Both the position numbers and the translations under genes were made by a program. This document shows positions 39,004 through 48,202 of a DNA stretch of 64,000 nt, piece after piece (within the stretch, counting starts at the first letter, position 1; each line of letters begins with the position of its first letter). Under the pieces are notes generated by a model. The model was not told the DNA's origin. It ran no database searches and saw only the letters and a program-made list of their open reading frames with translations. This DNA is from Candidatus Buchananbacteria bacterium (GTDB taxonomy: Bacteria; Patescibacteriota; Patescibacteriia; 2-01-FULL-39-33). The stretch lies in contig JAUSEE010000033.1 of NCBI GenBank assembly GCA_030650095.1, positions 26,757 to 90,756 of the forward strand. The letters run 5' to 3'.

Positions 39004-40032
39004 ATGAAACAGATCAGTAGCCGTCAGTTTAATTGGGATGTGTGTGGACATGATAAAATTGTCCATTTTTTGCAGTCGGCCATTTTAAGCGGCAATTTAA
39101 CCCAGGCCTATTTATTTTCCGGTCCCAGCGGCTTGGGAAAAAAGTTTGTGGCCAGTAAGCTGATAGCTTCAATTTTATGCCAAAACTTGGAAAAGCCTGT
39201 TCCTTGCGGGGTTTGCTCCAGTTGCCAGCAGGTGGCAAATGGGCTTCATCCGGATTTTTATACTGTTAACCAGGAAATAAACGAAAAAACAGGCAAGTTA
39301 AGCCGTGGCATTATAATTGATCAGATTAGGAATTTAAAATATAAGTTGCAACAGGGCACTTTGCTCAACGGTTATAAGGTGGCTTTGATTAGTGATGCTC
39401 ATTTGATGAATTTAAACACCTCAAACGCGCTTCTTAAGATATTAGAAGAGCCGACTTCCAATACGGTCATTATACTTTTAGCCGATGATGTTTCGTATCT
39501 GCCCCAGACGATTTCTTCCCGTTGCCAAATTGTAAGATTTTTGCCGGTGGCGACTTCTGATATAAAATCATATTTGGAAAACAGAGGAGTCTTCGATTCC
39601 GGCCTGATCGCCAGACAGGCTAACGGCCGTCCCGGAGTGGCTATTGATTTGTCTAATAATAAAGAGTTAGCCGATGGCGTTAAAAATAATATTGACGGAT
39701 TTTTCAAAATAATTGAAGCTGATTTGAATTCCAGATTCGAAATAGCCGATAAAATAATCAGCTGGGATAAAGACGAGTATATTAATATTTCTTCTTTAAA
39801 TAACTTAATGCACAATTGGCAATTGGCCTTAAGAGACGTGATGCTAATCAAAAGCGACAACGAACAATTAGTTTCCAATATAAATTATCTGGATAAACTG
39901 AAAGAGCAGGCTGAAATTTTAGACTTTCTTAAAATCAAAACAATTTTAAGAAAAATAAATCAAGTTGATGATTACGCCAAACATAACATTAATTCCAAAT
40001 CAATTTTAGAAAATTTAATCATAAATTTATGA
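39004..40032 (+). CDS. holB: DNA polymerase III delta-prime subunit
   Basis: AYLFSGPSGLGK, PCGVCSSC, HPD, NALLKILEEP, TISSRC. Confidence 0.92.
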   Translation: MKQISSRQFNWDVCGHDKIVHFLQSAILSGNLTQAYLFSGPSGLGKKFVASKLIASILCQNLEKPVPCGVCSSCQQVANGLHPDFYTVNQEINEKTGKLSRGIIIDQIRNLKYKLQQGTLLNGYKVALISDAHLMNLNTSNALLKILEEPTSNTVIILLADDVSYLPQTISSRCQIVRFLPVATSDIKSYLENRGVFDSGLIARQANGRPGVAIDLSNNKELADGVKNNIDGFFKIIEADLNSRFEIADKIISWDKDEYINISSLNNLMHNWQLALRDVMLIKSDNEQLVSNINYLDKLKEQAEILDFLKIKTILRKINQVDDYAKHNINSKSILENLIINL

Positions 40033-41102
40033 GACTTAAAAAAATAATGTTTTTTTCTTTTTTGGCGCTGACCGCTGTCCTAGTTAGCGGTTGCACCATT
40101 AAGATCGGCAATGGCAAAGCCACAGCTGTTGATGGCGGTGTTTTTAAATCCACCGACGGCGGACAAGTTTGGGCTCAAGTGGCCTCAGTCCCATCTTCTG
40201 GCGGTAAAATAGCCAGTATAGCCAATGTAGATATTCGGCGCATGGTTTTTGATCCATCTGATTACAATACTATTTACTTGTCAACCGAAAAGAATGGCGT
40301 TATTTATACCAATGACAGCGGCGCCAATTGGCATCAGTTTAAGCAGTTTGTCGGCGCTAAAATCAATGCCGTGGCTATTGATCCAAACGATAAATGTAAT
40401 CTATATGTTTTGTATGCCAATAAAATATATAAGTCCACCGATTGCGGCCGGTTTTGGGATGATATTTATGTCCATCAAAATACCGGAGTTATTCTATCTG
40501 ACATAGTTGTTGATTATGTTAATAGCTCCATTGTTTATATTACTACCAATGTCGGTGAAATATTAAGGAGTAATGATGGTGGCAGTAATTGGGCCACAGT
40601 TAATCGCGTTAATAAAGGTGTTTTCTTGGATTTAGTGATGGACGCTAAAGATAGCAGAATAGTTTATGCCGCTACGCAAAAAAGCGGTGTTTATAAAACA
40701 ACAGACAGCGGCAAAACATGGAATAGTTTGGGTGATGGGCTTAAAGCCTATTCCGGCAGTCAGGAGTATAAAGGCTTGATAATAAGTCCATCAGTCAAAG
40801 ACGGTTTGATTTTAATCTCAAAATTTGGCATGCTAAGGACTTCGGATGGCGGAGCCAACTGGGAAGTGGTAGAATTATTGCCAGCTTCCAAACAAACCAC
40901 AATTTACTCTGTGGCTGTTAATCCCAAAGATAGCAGTGAAATTTATTATGCGACTAGGACAACTCTTGTCAAATCAGTCGATAGCGGCAAAACTTGGTCA
41001 TCACAAGCCTTGCCTACTAGCCGTATAGCCAATCGCCTGATTATCAATCCCGATAACCCCCTAACAATTTATTTAGGAACATCAAAACCCAGCGAAAAAT
41101 AA
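40029..41102 (+). CDS. BNR/Asp-box beta-propeller lipoprotein (YCF48/sortilin-like)
   Basis: Lipobox VSGC; repeated S-x-D-x-G-x-x-W boxes. Confidence 0.85.
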   Translation: MRLKKIMFFSFLALTAVLVSGCTIKIGNGKATAVDGGVFKSTDGGQVWAQVASVPSSGGKIASIANVDIRRMVFDPSDYNTIYLSTEKNGVIYTNDSGANWHQFKQFVGAKINAVAIDPNDKCNLYVLYANKIYKSTDCGRFWDDIYVHQNTGVILSDIVVDYVNSSIVYITTNVGEILRSNDGGSNWATVNRVNKGVFLDLVMDAKDSRIVYAATQKSGVYKTTDSGKTWNSLGDGLKAYSGSQEYKGLIISPSVKDGLILISKFGMLRTSDGGANWEVVELLPASKQTTIYSVAVNPKDSSEIYYATRTTLVKSVDSGKTWSSQALPTSRIANRLIINPDNPLTIYLGTSKPSEK

Positions 41103-41127
41103 ATATCATTAATATAAGTTAAAAAAT

Positions 41128-41679
41128 ATGAGTATAGTGGATAATCATAAGATTGATTTCAATAAAACCATGGATCATTTTGTCAGCGATATGGCCACGC
41201 TTAAAACCGGACGAGCCAATCCGGCGGTTTTAGATTCCATTAAGGTGGAGGCTTATGGTTCTTTTGTGCCTATCAATCAGGTGGCTTCTATTGCCGTGCC
41301 GGAAGCCAGATCAATTATAATCCAGCCTTGGGATAAGAGTGTTATTAACAATATAGACAAAGCTATTAGGGAATCTGATTTGGGGCTAAGCCCGATAAAC
41401 GAAGGAGATAAGATCAGAATATCTATTCCGCAAATGACCGAGGAATCAAGAAAAGAAATAGTTAAAAATTTAAACAAAAAAATGGAAGATGCCCGTATTG
41501 CTATTAGGGGAGTGCGCGATGAAATAAAAGAAGAGATTTTGACCGCCGAAAAGAATAAGGAATTCGGCGAAGATGAAAAGTACAGCTTAATCGAGCAGTT
41601 AGACAAGATGACTGGCGATTTCAACAATAAAATAAAAGAGTTGGGGGATAAAAAAGAAAAAGAAATAATGACTGTTTAA
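41128..41679 (+). CDS. frr: Ribosome recycling factor
   Basis: LKTGRANP, IQPWDK, PQMTEESR. Confidence 0.96.
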   Translation: MSIVDNHKIDFNKTMDHFVSDMATLKTGRANPAVLDSIKVEAYGSFVPINQVASIAVPEARSIIIQPWDKSVINNIDKAIRESDLGLSPINEGDKIRISIPQMTEESRKEIVKNLNKKMEDARIAIRGVRDEIKEEILTAEKNKEFGEDEKYSLIEQLDKMTGDFNNKIKELGDKKEKEIMTV

Positions 41680-41680
41680 T

Positions 41681-42853
41681 ATGATTATTACCATAATAGT
41701 ATTCGCCTTAGTTTTGTCGGTGATTGTTTTTGTCCATGAACTGGGACATTTTTCTACTGCCAGAAAATTAGGCGTTAAGGTGGATGAATTCGGTTTGGGC
41801 TTGCCGCCCAGGATTTTTGGCTTAAGGAAGATTGATGGCAAATTCAAATTAGTGTTTGGGAAGAAGCCCATAGAAAAAGACGGTCCGACAATTTATTCCT
41901 TGAATTGGATTCCGGTTGGCGGTTTTGTTAAAATAAAAGGCGAATCCGGCGAAGAAGCCGAGGCTAGTGACAGTTTTGCCGGCAAAGCTATTTGGAAAAG
42001 GGTGGTGATGATCGTGGCGGGCGTAGTGATGAATGTTATTTTGTGCATGATTCTTCTATCTATCGGTTTTGGTTTTGGCATGCCGGCTTCTTTGGATGAT
42101 AACCTAAGCAGTCGAGCGATAGTATCTAATAAAAGCTTGCAGATAATCCAACTTATGCCGGAAGGCCAAGCTAAAATAGCCGGCGTTCAGGTTGGTGATG
42201 TGATTGCCAAGGTTGACGGCCGGGAATTTGAAACTATCAGCGAACTAAACACTTTTCTTTCGTCTAATAATGATAAGGAACTTAATTTTGAATTTATCAG
42301 GCGAGGCGAGGCTATAGAAAAGAAAATAAAAATCAGCCCCTATTCTTTTGAGGAGAGGGAAGTAATAGGCATTGGCATAGGACTGATAGAAACAGCCACA
42401 GTGCGCTATCCTTGGTATTTGGCCGTTTATAAGGGTATTGTGGCTACCTTTGTTTGGATGTTGGCTATTGTTGTCGCTTTTGCCACGGTTATAAAGAATC
42501 TCATCATTGGCGTTCCAACCGGCGTGGAAGTTGCCGGACCGGTGGGCATAGCAGTTTTAACCGGCCAAGCGGCTAAGATGGGCGTTATTTATTTGTTGCA
42601 ATTTACGGCTTTATTGTCCTTGAATCTGGCGATTATTAATATCCTGCCTTTTCCGGCGTTGGACGGCGGACGATTATTATTTTTAATTTTGGAAAAGATA
42701 AGAGGCAAAGCGGTTAAGCAGGAATGGGAGAATCTGGCGCATAACATCGGCTTTTTAATTTTAATGGGCTTGGTTTTACTGGTGACATTTGGCGATATCG
42801 TAAAATATGGCGGTGGACTTTTTGGATTCATCAAGAATATATTCGGTCTTTAA
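41681..42853 (+). CDS. rseP: RIP metalloprotease RseP
   Basis: HELGH, PDZ domain, NILPFPALDGG. Confidence 0.95.
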   Translation: MIITIIVFALVLSVIVFVHELGHFSTARKLGVKVDEFGLGLPPRIFGLRKIDGKFKLVFGKKPIEKDGPTIYSLNWIPVGGFVKIKGESGEEAEASDSFAGKAIWKRVVMIVAGVVMNVILCMILLSIGFGFGMPASLDDNLSSRAIVSNKSLQIIQLMPEGQAKIAGVQVGDVIAKVDGREFETISELNTFLSSNNDKELNFEFIRRGEAIEKKIKISPYSFEEREVIGIGIGLIETATVRYPWYLAVYKGIVATFVWMLAIVVAFATVIKNLIIGVPTGVEVAGPVGIAVLTGQAAKMGVIYLLQFTALLSLNLAIINILPFPALDGGRLLFLILEKIRGKAVKQEWENLAHNIGFLILMGLVLLVTFGDIVKYGGGLFGFIKNIFGL

Positions 42854-42865
42854 TCTGTTAAACCT

Positions 42866-43213
42866 ATGAAGATACAAATACAGCTAAATATTAATGCTGA
42901 TTTGATCATGCGGCGGAGCGGCTATGGCTATCTGCGCGATAGAAACACCGGCCAAGGCAGTTATGCCCGCCGGCTGGGCAACGGTTTTTATCCCCGCTTC
43001 CATGTTTACATAGAAGGGGCTAGTATTAATCTCCACTTGGATCAAAAGCAAGCCAGCTATGAGGGCACATCGGCCCACAGCGGGGAGTATGATGGCGAAG
43101 TGGTGGAAAGGGAGGGGGAGAGAATAAAAAATATCATGTCCGGATTGCTAGTTTCCGAAAAAGAGCCAGAGGCAGAGGAAAATAAAAGTTTTTGGAAAAA
43201 ATTATTAGGCTAA
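42866..43213 (+). CDS. Hypothetical protein
   Basis: SYARRLG..YPRFHVY, LHLDQK, HSGEYDG; co-oriented 12 nt after rseP. Confidence 0.75.
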   Translation: MKIQIQLNINADLIMRRSGYGYLRDRNTGQGSYARRLGNGFYPRFHVYIEGASINLHLDQKQASYEGTSAHSGEYDGEVVEREGERIKNIMSGLLVSEKEPEAEENKSFWKKLLG

Positions 43214-43278
43214 TAAACTGCTACGCCCTTACGGACGTAATATTTTACAATTCAAACTTTGCTTGTCCATGTCTTTTC

Positions 43279-43416
43279 TGTCATTGCGATGGAGCTCAAG
43301 CGACTAAAGCAATCTCGTATTCCATAAACATGGGATTGCTTCGTTCCTCGCAATGACAAATAAAGGTGGATCTACTGCCTAACTGGCAGTCAAGCTCGAC
43401 TACGCTCGGGATGACA
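43279..43416. repeat. Cluster of REP-like palindromic repeats
   Basis: TGTCATTGCGA...AAGCAATCTC...GGGATTGCTT...TCGCAATGACA (43279-43358), then ...CTCGACTACGCTCGGGATGACA. Confidence 0.75.
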
Positions 43417-43529
43417 AGTAAAGGAAGGGAGTGGAAAATTATTTCAGCTATGGGCTAAAGCCAATAGTATTTCGTGGGTAAAATAAAAACCGCCATCTTT
43501 CAGGCGGTGTTTTTTAAAAATGATTTGTT

Positions 43530-43784
43530 TTAGCCGTTAATATATCCCGATGCCAATTCTTCGAATTCTTTTAAAGAATTGAATGTTGGAGCTTCTATAG
43601 AAACATGATTAGAATCAAAACCAATCATTATGTGTAGATTTTTAAAAACCAAATATCCTATTTGTGAAAAATACAATTTAGACATAGTTTCGGAAAAGAT
43701 AAAAATTTCCTTGCTGGCCACCAAGCTCTTAAAAAGACTTAGCAGCCGAGCGGCTTCTAACAGCTCTTCTTTATTCTTGATCAT
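43530..43784 (-). CDS. Hypothetical protein
   Basis: Start MIKNKEE after SD AAAGGAG. Confidence 0.6.
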   Translation of the reverse strand: MIKNKEELLEAARLLSLFKSLVASKEIFIFSETMSKLYFSQIGYLVFKNLHIMIGFDSNHVSIEAPTFNSLKEFEELASGYING

Positions 43785-43800
43785 TTTTTCTTTCTCCTTT

Positions 43801-44241
43801 TTATGGTTCAACCGCTTTAGCTTCAACCATTGAAACTGGCGTCGGTTCTTGGGGAAAATAAATCAGGTATTGCTTATTAAAATTATTAACTCTGGCAGAT
43901 ACTTCTCTCTCGTCTAAATTATACTTTTTGGCCAGTGTCTTTATGGCCAGCTCTCTCTCTGGCATATTATAATCCAGCACCCAGAAAGCCTCGGATAAAG
44001 TTACAGGCTGGCCGTCGTAGAATTGCTTCATGATTTCCACTTGACTGTTTGTAGAATTAGCCACTACTGAATCAACAATTTCTGATTTTCCAATAACAAT
44101 AGACAAAAAGCCAAACCCCAGATACATAACAAACAAATATCTGGCTAATCCTTCATTATCATTATAAAGTAAATCATAAGCGCCCTTGATAACACACGCT
44201 ACGCCGATAAAAATTATGGCCACAGGAAATATCGAATGCAT
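43801..44241 (-). CDS. Hypothetical membrane protein
   Basis: Two N-terminal TM helices; SD TAAGGAG; promoter TTGACA(44336-44331)-17-TACAAT. Confidence 0.7.
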   Translation of the reverse strand: MHSIFPVAIIFIGVACVIKGAYDLLYNDNEGLARYLFVMYLGFGFLSIVIGKSEIVDSVVANSTNSQVEIMKQFYDGQPVTLSEAFWVLDYNMPERELAIKTLAKKYNLDEREVSARVNNFNKQYLIYFPQEPTPVSMVEAKAVEP

Positions 44242-44533
44242 AACTAGATCTCCTTATTAGGTTTTTTGGTTTTTAGGTACGAAAGTCAGCTGGCTGGCTA
44301 ACTGCTAATTGTATCATATATTTGTTAAATTGTCAATTATTTTGAATAATTTTTGTTAAGATTAAAATCTAATCACTGCTTTGAATTTTATCGTATTTTA
44401 GGGTATGATTTAATAAGAAACAGTAAAAATAACTGGCTTGTGGCCAGCTTGATTTAAGCCGGCTGCGGTTTTTATCCGGCACTTGATTAATCCTGCCAAT
44501 ACTATAAAATATCATTAAATTAATCACATTCCC

Positions 44534-45760
44534 ATGAGACAATCAAAACTCTTCGCTAAAACTAGAAACACAGCTCCCAAGGATGCCGTCAGCGCTTCGC
44601 ATAAATATTTAAGCCAAGGCGGGTTTGTGGATATGCTGATGGCCGGCGTTTACACCTATCTGCCACTGGGTTACCGAGTCATAAATAATATTTCCAATAT
44701 CGTTAGAGAGGAAATGAACTCTACCGGAGCACAGGAAATGCTGATGCCGGTTTTACAGCCTAAAAATATTTGGGATGAAACCGGCCGCTGGGAAAGTTTA
44801 CGGGAGGTGATGTATCAATTTAAAGATCGTTCCGGCAAGGAAACCGGTTTGGCCGCCACTCATGAAGAAGTGATTTATGATATCGTCCGGCGCAACATTA
44901 ATTCTTATAAGGACTTGCCGCTGGCGGTTTATCAGATTCAAAATAAATTCAGAAACGAGCTTAGAGCCAAGGGCGGCTTAATACGCGGTCGTGAGTTTAT
45001 GATGAAGGATTTATACAGTTTTCATCTTTCACCAGAGGATTTGGATGATTATTACAACCAAATGATAGAAGCTTACAAGCGGGCTTATAACCGTTGCGGC
45101 TTGGAAGTAAAGGTGGTAGAGGCTTCCGGCGGCATTTTCACCAAAAAATATTCCCATGAGTTTCAGATTATCTCTCCAGCCGGAGAGGACACTATAATTT
45201 ATTGTTCCAAGTGTGATTTTGCCCAAAACGAGGAAATCTCTAAATTAAAAGCTGGCGACAATTGTCCCAAATGCGAATCAGTTTTGGAAAACGGCAAAAG
45301 CATCGAAGCCGGCAATATTTTTCAATTCGGGGATCAATACGCCAAAGACATGAAAGGCTATGCTACCGATAAGGATGGAGAAAAAAAGCCTATCCTCATG
45401 GCCAGCTATGGCATTGGTATCAGCCGTTTGGTGGCTACCATAGCCGAGGTTTATCATGACGACAAAGGCATTATTTGGCCTAGCAGCGTAGCGCCTTTTA
45501 TGGTTCATTTGATTTCTTTGAATAAAAACGAGGCGGCTGATGATATTTATGAACAATTAACCAATCAAGGCCTAGAAACGCTTTATGACGATCGGGATAT
45601 TTCCGCCGGAGAAAAATTTGCCGATGCCGATTTGATAGGCTTGCCCTATCGCTTGGTTATCAGTTCTAAAACCGGCGATCAGATTGAAGTTAAGGCCAGA
45701 AACAAAGACCAGGGAGCATTGAAATCGTTTAAGGAGGTTATTGATTTACTGAAGAAATAA
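44534..45760 (+). CDS. proS: Proline--tRNA ligase (short form without INS editing domain)
   Basis: MRQSKLF, THEE, RGREFMMKDLYSF, SHEF, YGIGISR, GEKFADADLIG. Confidence 0.95.
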   Translation: MRQSKLFAKTRNTAPKDAVSASHKYLSQGGFVDMLMAGVYTYLPLGYRVINNISNIVREEMNSTGAQEMLMPVLQPKNIWDETGRWESLREVMYQFKDRSGKETGLAATHEEVIYDIVRRNINSYKDLPLAVYQIQNKFRNELRAKGGLIRGREFMMKDLYSFHLSPEDLDDYYNQMIEAYKRAYNRCGLEVKVVEASGGIFTKKYSHEFQIISPAGEDTIIYCSKCDFAQNEEISKLKAGDNCPKCESVLENGKSIEAGNIFQFGDQYAKDMKGYATDKDGEKKPILMASYGIGISRLVATIAEVYHDDKGIIWPSSVAPFMVHLISLNKNEAADDIYEQLTNQGLETLYDDRDISAGEKFADADLIGLPYRLVISSKTGDQIEVKARNKDQGALKSFKEVIDLLKK

Positions 45761-46798
45761 ATGTTTAAAAAATTATCCAGAAAATTAAACAAGGGTTTAG
45801 GTGTGGATTTGGGCAGCACCAAAACCATGATTTATCAGCAGGACAGGGGCATAGTGGTCAATGAATCATCGGTGGTAGCCATTAACAACCGCACCGATCA
45901 AATTTTAGCCGTGGGCGATGAAGCCAGAAAAATGGTAGGCAAGACTCCGCCTCACATCAATGCTTCAACTCCCTTGTTTCATGGCATTATTTCTGATTTT
46001 GAAATTACCGAAAAGATGCTTAAATATCTTATGGATAAGGTTCGCGCCGGACGGTTTTCTTTTTCTACCAAGCCTATGGTGGTTGTAGGCATACCGCTGG
46101 ATGTAACCGAAGTGGAGAAGAAAGCGGTGGAGGATGTGGTTATGTCGGCTGGCGCCAGCCAAGTCTATTTGGTGGAAAATATCATGGCGGCGGCGGTCGG
46201 AGCCAGAATACCCATTCAAGACCCTTCCGGCAACATGATTATTAATTTAGGCGGCGGCTTAACGGAAATTGCGGTTATCTCCTTGGACGGCATAGTTAAT
46301 TGGAAGGTTACCAGGACTGCCGGTTTAACTTTGGATCGTGATATCATAAAATTCGCCCGAGATGAATTTAATCTGGTCTTGGGAGAAATGGTGGCCGAAG
46401 ATATCAAAAGAAGAATCGGTTCTGCTTTGGAATTGGAAGAGCCGGTAATTATGCAAATGCGCGGACGAGACGTGATGACAGGTTTGCCCAAGGAATTTGA
46501 TGTCAATGATTCGCAAATAAGAGAAGCGTTACACAAATCAGTTCAGCATATTTTAGATACTATTAAGGCAACTTTAGAAACCACGCCGCCGGAACTGGTG
46601 GCTGATATTTACCAAAAAGGCATCATCTTAACCGGCGGGGTAGCTATGCTTAAGAATATTGATAAGTTTATTGCCCGTGGCATCGAAATTCCGGTGCATA
46701 TCGCCGACGATCCCCAAACCTGCACGGTTAGAGGCATGGGAGTTATTTTAGAGGATGAAATCCTGCTTCAGGATATAGTTATACCGTCGTCACAGTAA
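45761..46798 (+). CDS. mreB: MreB paralog in mreBCD operon with degenerate ATPase motifs
   Basis: GVDLGSTK, ESSVVA, ENIMAAAVG, INLGGGLTE, TPPELVAD. Confidence 0.92.
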   Translation: MFKKLSRKLNKGLGVDLGSTKTMIYQQDRGIVVNESSVVAINNRTDQILAVGDEARKMVGKTPPHINASTPLFHGIISDFEITEKMLKYLMDKVRAGRFSFSTKPMVVVGIPLDVTEVEKKAVEDVVMSAGASQVYLVENIMAAAVGARIPIQDPSGNMIINLGGGLTEIAVISLDGIVNWKVTRTAGLTLDRDIIKFARDEFNLVLGEMVAEDIKRRIGSALELEEPVIMQMRGRDVMTGLPKEFDVNDSQIREALHKSVQHILDTIKATLETTPPELVADIYQKGIILTGGVAMLKNIDKFIARGIEIPVHIADDPQTCTVRGMGVILEDEILLQDIVIPSSQ

Positions 46799-46828
46799 AG
46801 ATGTAATTAAAATTATTAGCGTTTAATT

Positions 46829-47623
46829 ATGAACAATTTTTTTAAATTGGTGATTTTAGGCTTGATTGTTATTTTTTTGCTGTCAACGTTGCATTATGTT
46901 AATTTATTCAATCCCATTGAGAGTTCGATTATTAAATTATTAAGTCCGGTGCAAGAAAAAATTTATTCCCTGGTCATCAGTCTTAAAGACTTTAATAATA
47001 AATGGGTGGCCAAAAGGGATTTGATGGCTGAAAATGAGAGCCTGCAGCAAAAACTGAAAGAACTGCGGGTTGATAAATCAAAAGTTAACAGTTTAGAAAA
47101 TGAAAATCGCCTGTTAAAAGAAGAACTGCGCTTTACCAAGGAATCCAAATTAAACACCGTGGCGGCTAAAATAATAACCGGTGTTTCCGATTCGCTCTCA
47201 AAATCGGTTATTATCAATCGGGGATCGGAAAGCCAAGTAGCAGAAGGCATGGCGGTGGTATCGGGCGATGGTGTGATGATAGGCAAGATTTATGAAGTTT
47301 ATAACGGCTACAGCAAGGTTCTTCTTTTGACTGATAATAAAAGCCGGGTAGCGGCCACTATCCAGAATTTAGATAAGACGACGGGTTTGATTGAAGGCCA
47401 ATTCGGCTTAAGCTTTTCCATGACTAATATTCCGCAGGATCAGGAAATAAAGGAAGGGGATTTGATTGTTACTTCGGGCCTAGAGGGAAAAATACCCAAA
47501 GATCTTTTGATTGCCCGAGTGGAAAGCATTAATCAGATAGAAAGCGAAATTTTTAAAACCGCTCTTTTAAGCCCCATTGTTTCGTTGGATAATTTAAGTT
47601 ATGTTTTAGTAATTGTCCCTTAA
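46829..47623 (+). CDS. mreC: Rod shape-determining protein MreC
   Basis: TM helix, ENxxLKxxL coiled coil, INRGS, VTSGL; synteny. Confidence 0.92.
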   Translation: MNNFFKLVILGLIVIFLLSTLHYVNLFNPIESSIIKLLSPVQEKIYSLVISLKDFNNKWVAKRDLMAENESLQQKLKELRVDKSKVNSLENENRLLKEELRFTKESKLNTVAAKIITGVSDSLSKSVIINRGSESQVAEGMAVVSGDGVMIGKIYEVYNGYSKVLLLTDNKSRVAATIQNLDKTTGLIEGQFGLSFSMTNIPQDQEIKEGDLIVTSGLEGKIPKDLLIARVESINQIESEIFKTALLSPIVSLDNLSYVLVIVP

Positions 47624-47631
47624 ATTGTGTT

Positions 47632-48153
47632 ATGTGGTATAAAATTATAATTTATACAATTCTCATGGCCCTTTTGGCTACAGTCCAAATAACTTTATTT
47701 GGTAGTTTTGGCGATTATTTTAACAGCTTTAATTTTTTATTGGCGGCTTTGGTTATTTTGCTTTTCTTGGTTGATTTTAAATGGATAGTTTATTTTACCA
47801 TCTTGTCCGGATTGATCTTGGATATTTACTCTTCACTGCCATTTGGCATATTCCTACTCTCTTTTTTTTCGGCTGTTTCCATTTCCGATTTTCTGCTCTC
47901 TAACTTTTTTACCAACAGATCTTTTTACTCGGTTATTTTTCTGGGTTTGTCGGCCGTTTTGTCTTTTAATCTTGTTTTTTTAATTACTTCCGGCTTATTT
48001 TATTTGCTGGGTATCAGTGATTTTTATATTGACCAAGGCTACTGGTGGAAATTATTTTATCAAATAATAAATATCTCCTTGGTTTTAAGCGCGTTATTTT
48101 TTATTATTAATTCTGTTTCCCGAAAGTTCAAGCCCAATTTTATCAGATCATAA
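47632..48153 (+). CDS. mreD: Rod shape-determining protein MreD
   Basis: Hydrophobic; GLILDIYS..PFG; between mreC and mrdA. Confidence 0.8.
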   Translation: MWYKIIIYTILMALLATVQITLFGSFGDYFNSFNFLLAALVILLFLVDFKWIVYFTILSGLILDIYSSLPFGIFLLSFFSAVSISDFLLSNFFTNRSFYSVIFLGLSAVLSFNLVFLITSGLFYLLGISDFYIDQGYWWKLFYQIINISLVLSALFFIINSVSRKFKPNFIRS

Positions 48154-48202
48154 TCGTCTGGGATCGGGTCTTAAAATTATTTGAAAAATTTATTTCAAAA
48201 TT

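Noticed and set aside
44534-45760. Pseudogenised proS because of short length
   Set aside because: All three class II motifs and the anticodon domain are present; ProRS lacking the editing insertion is a known form
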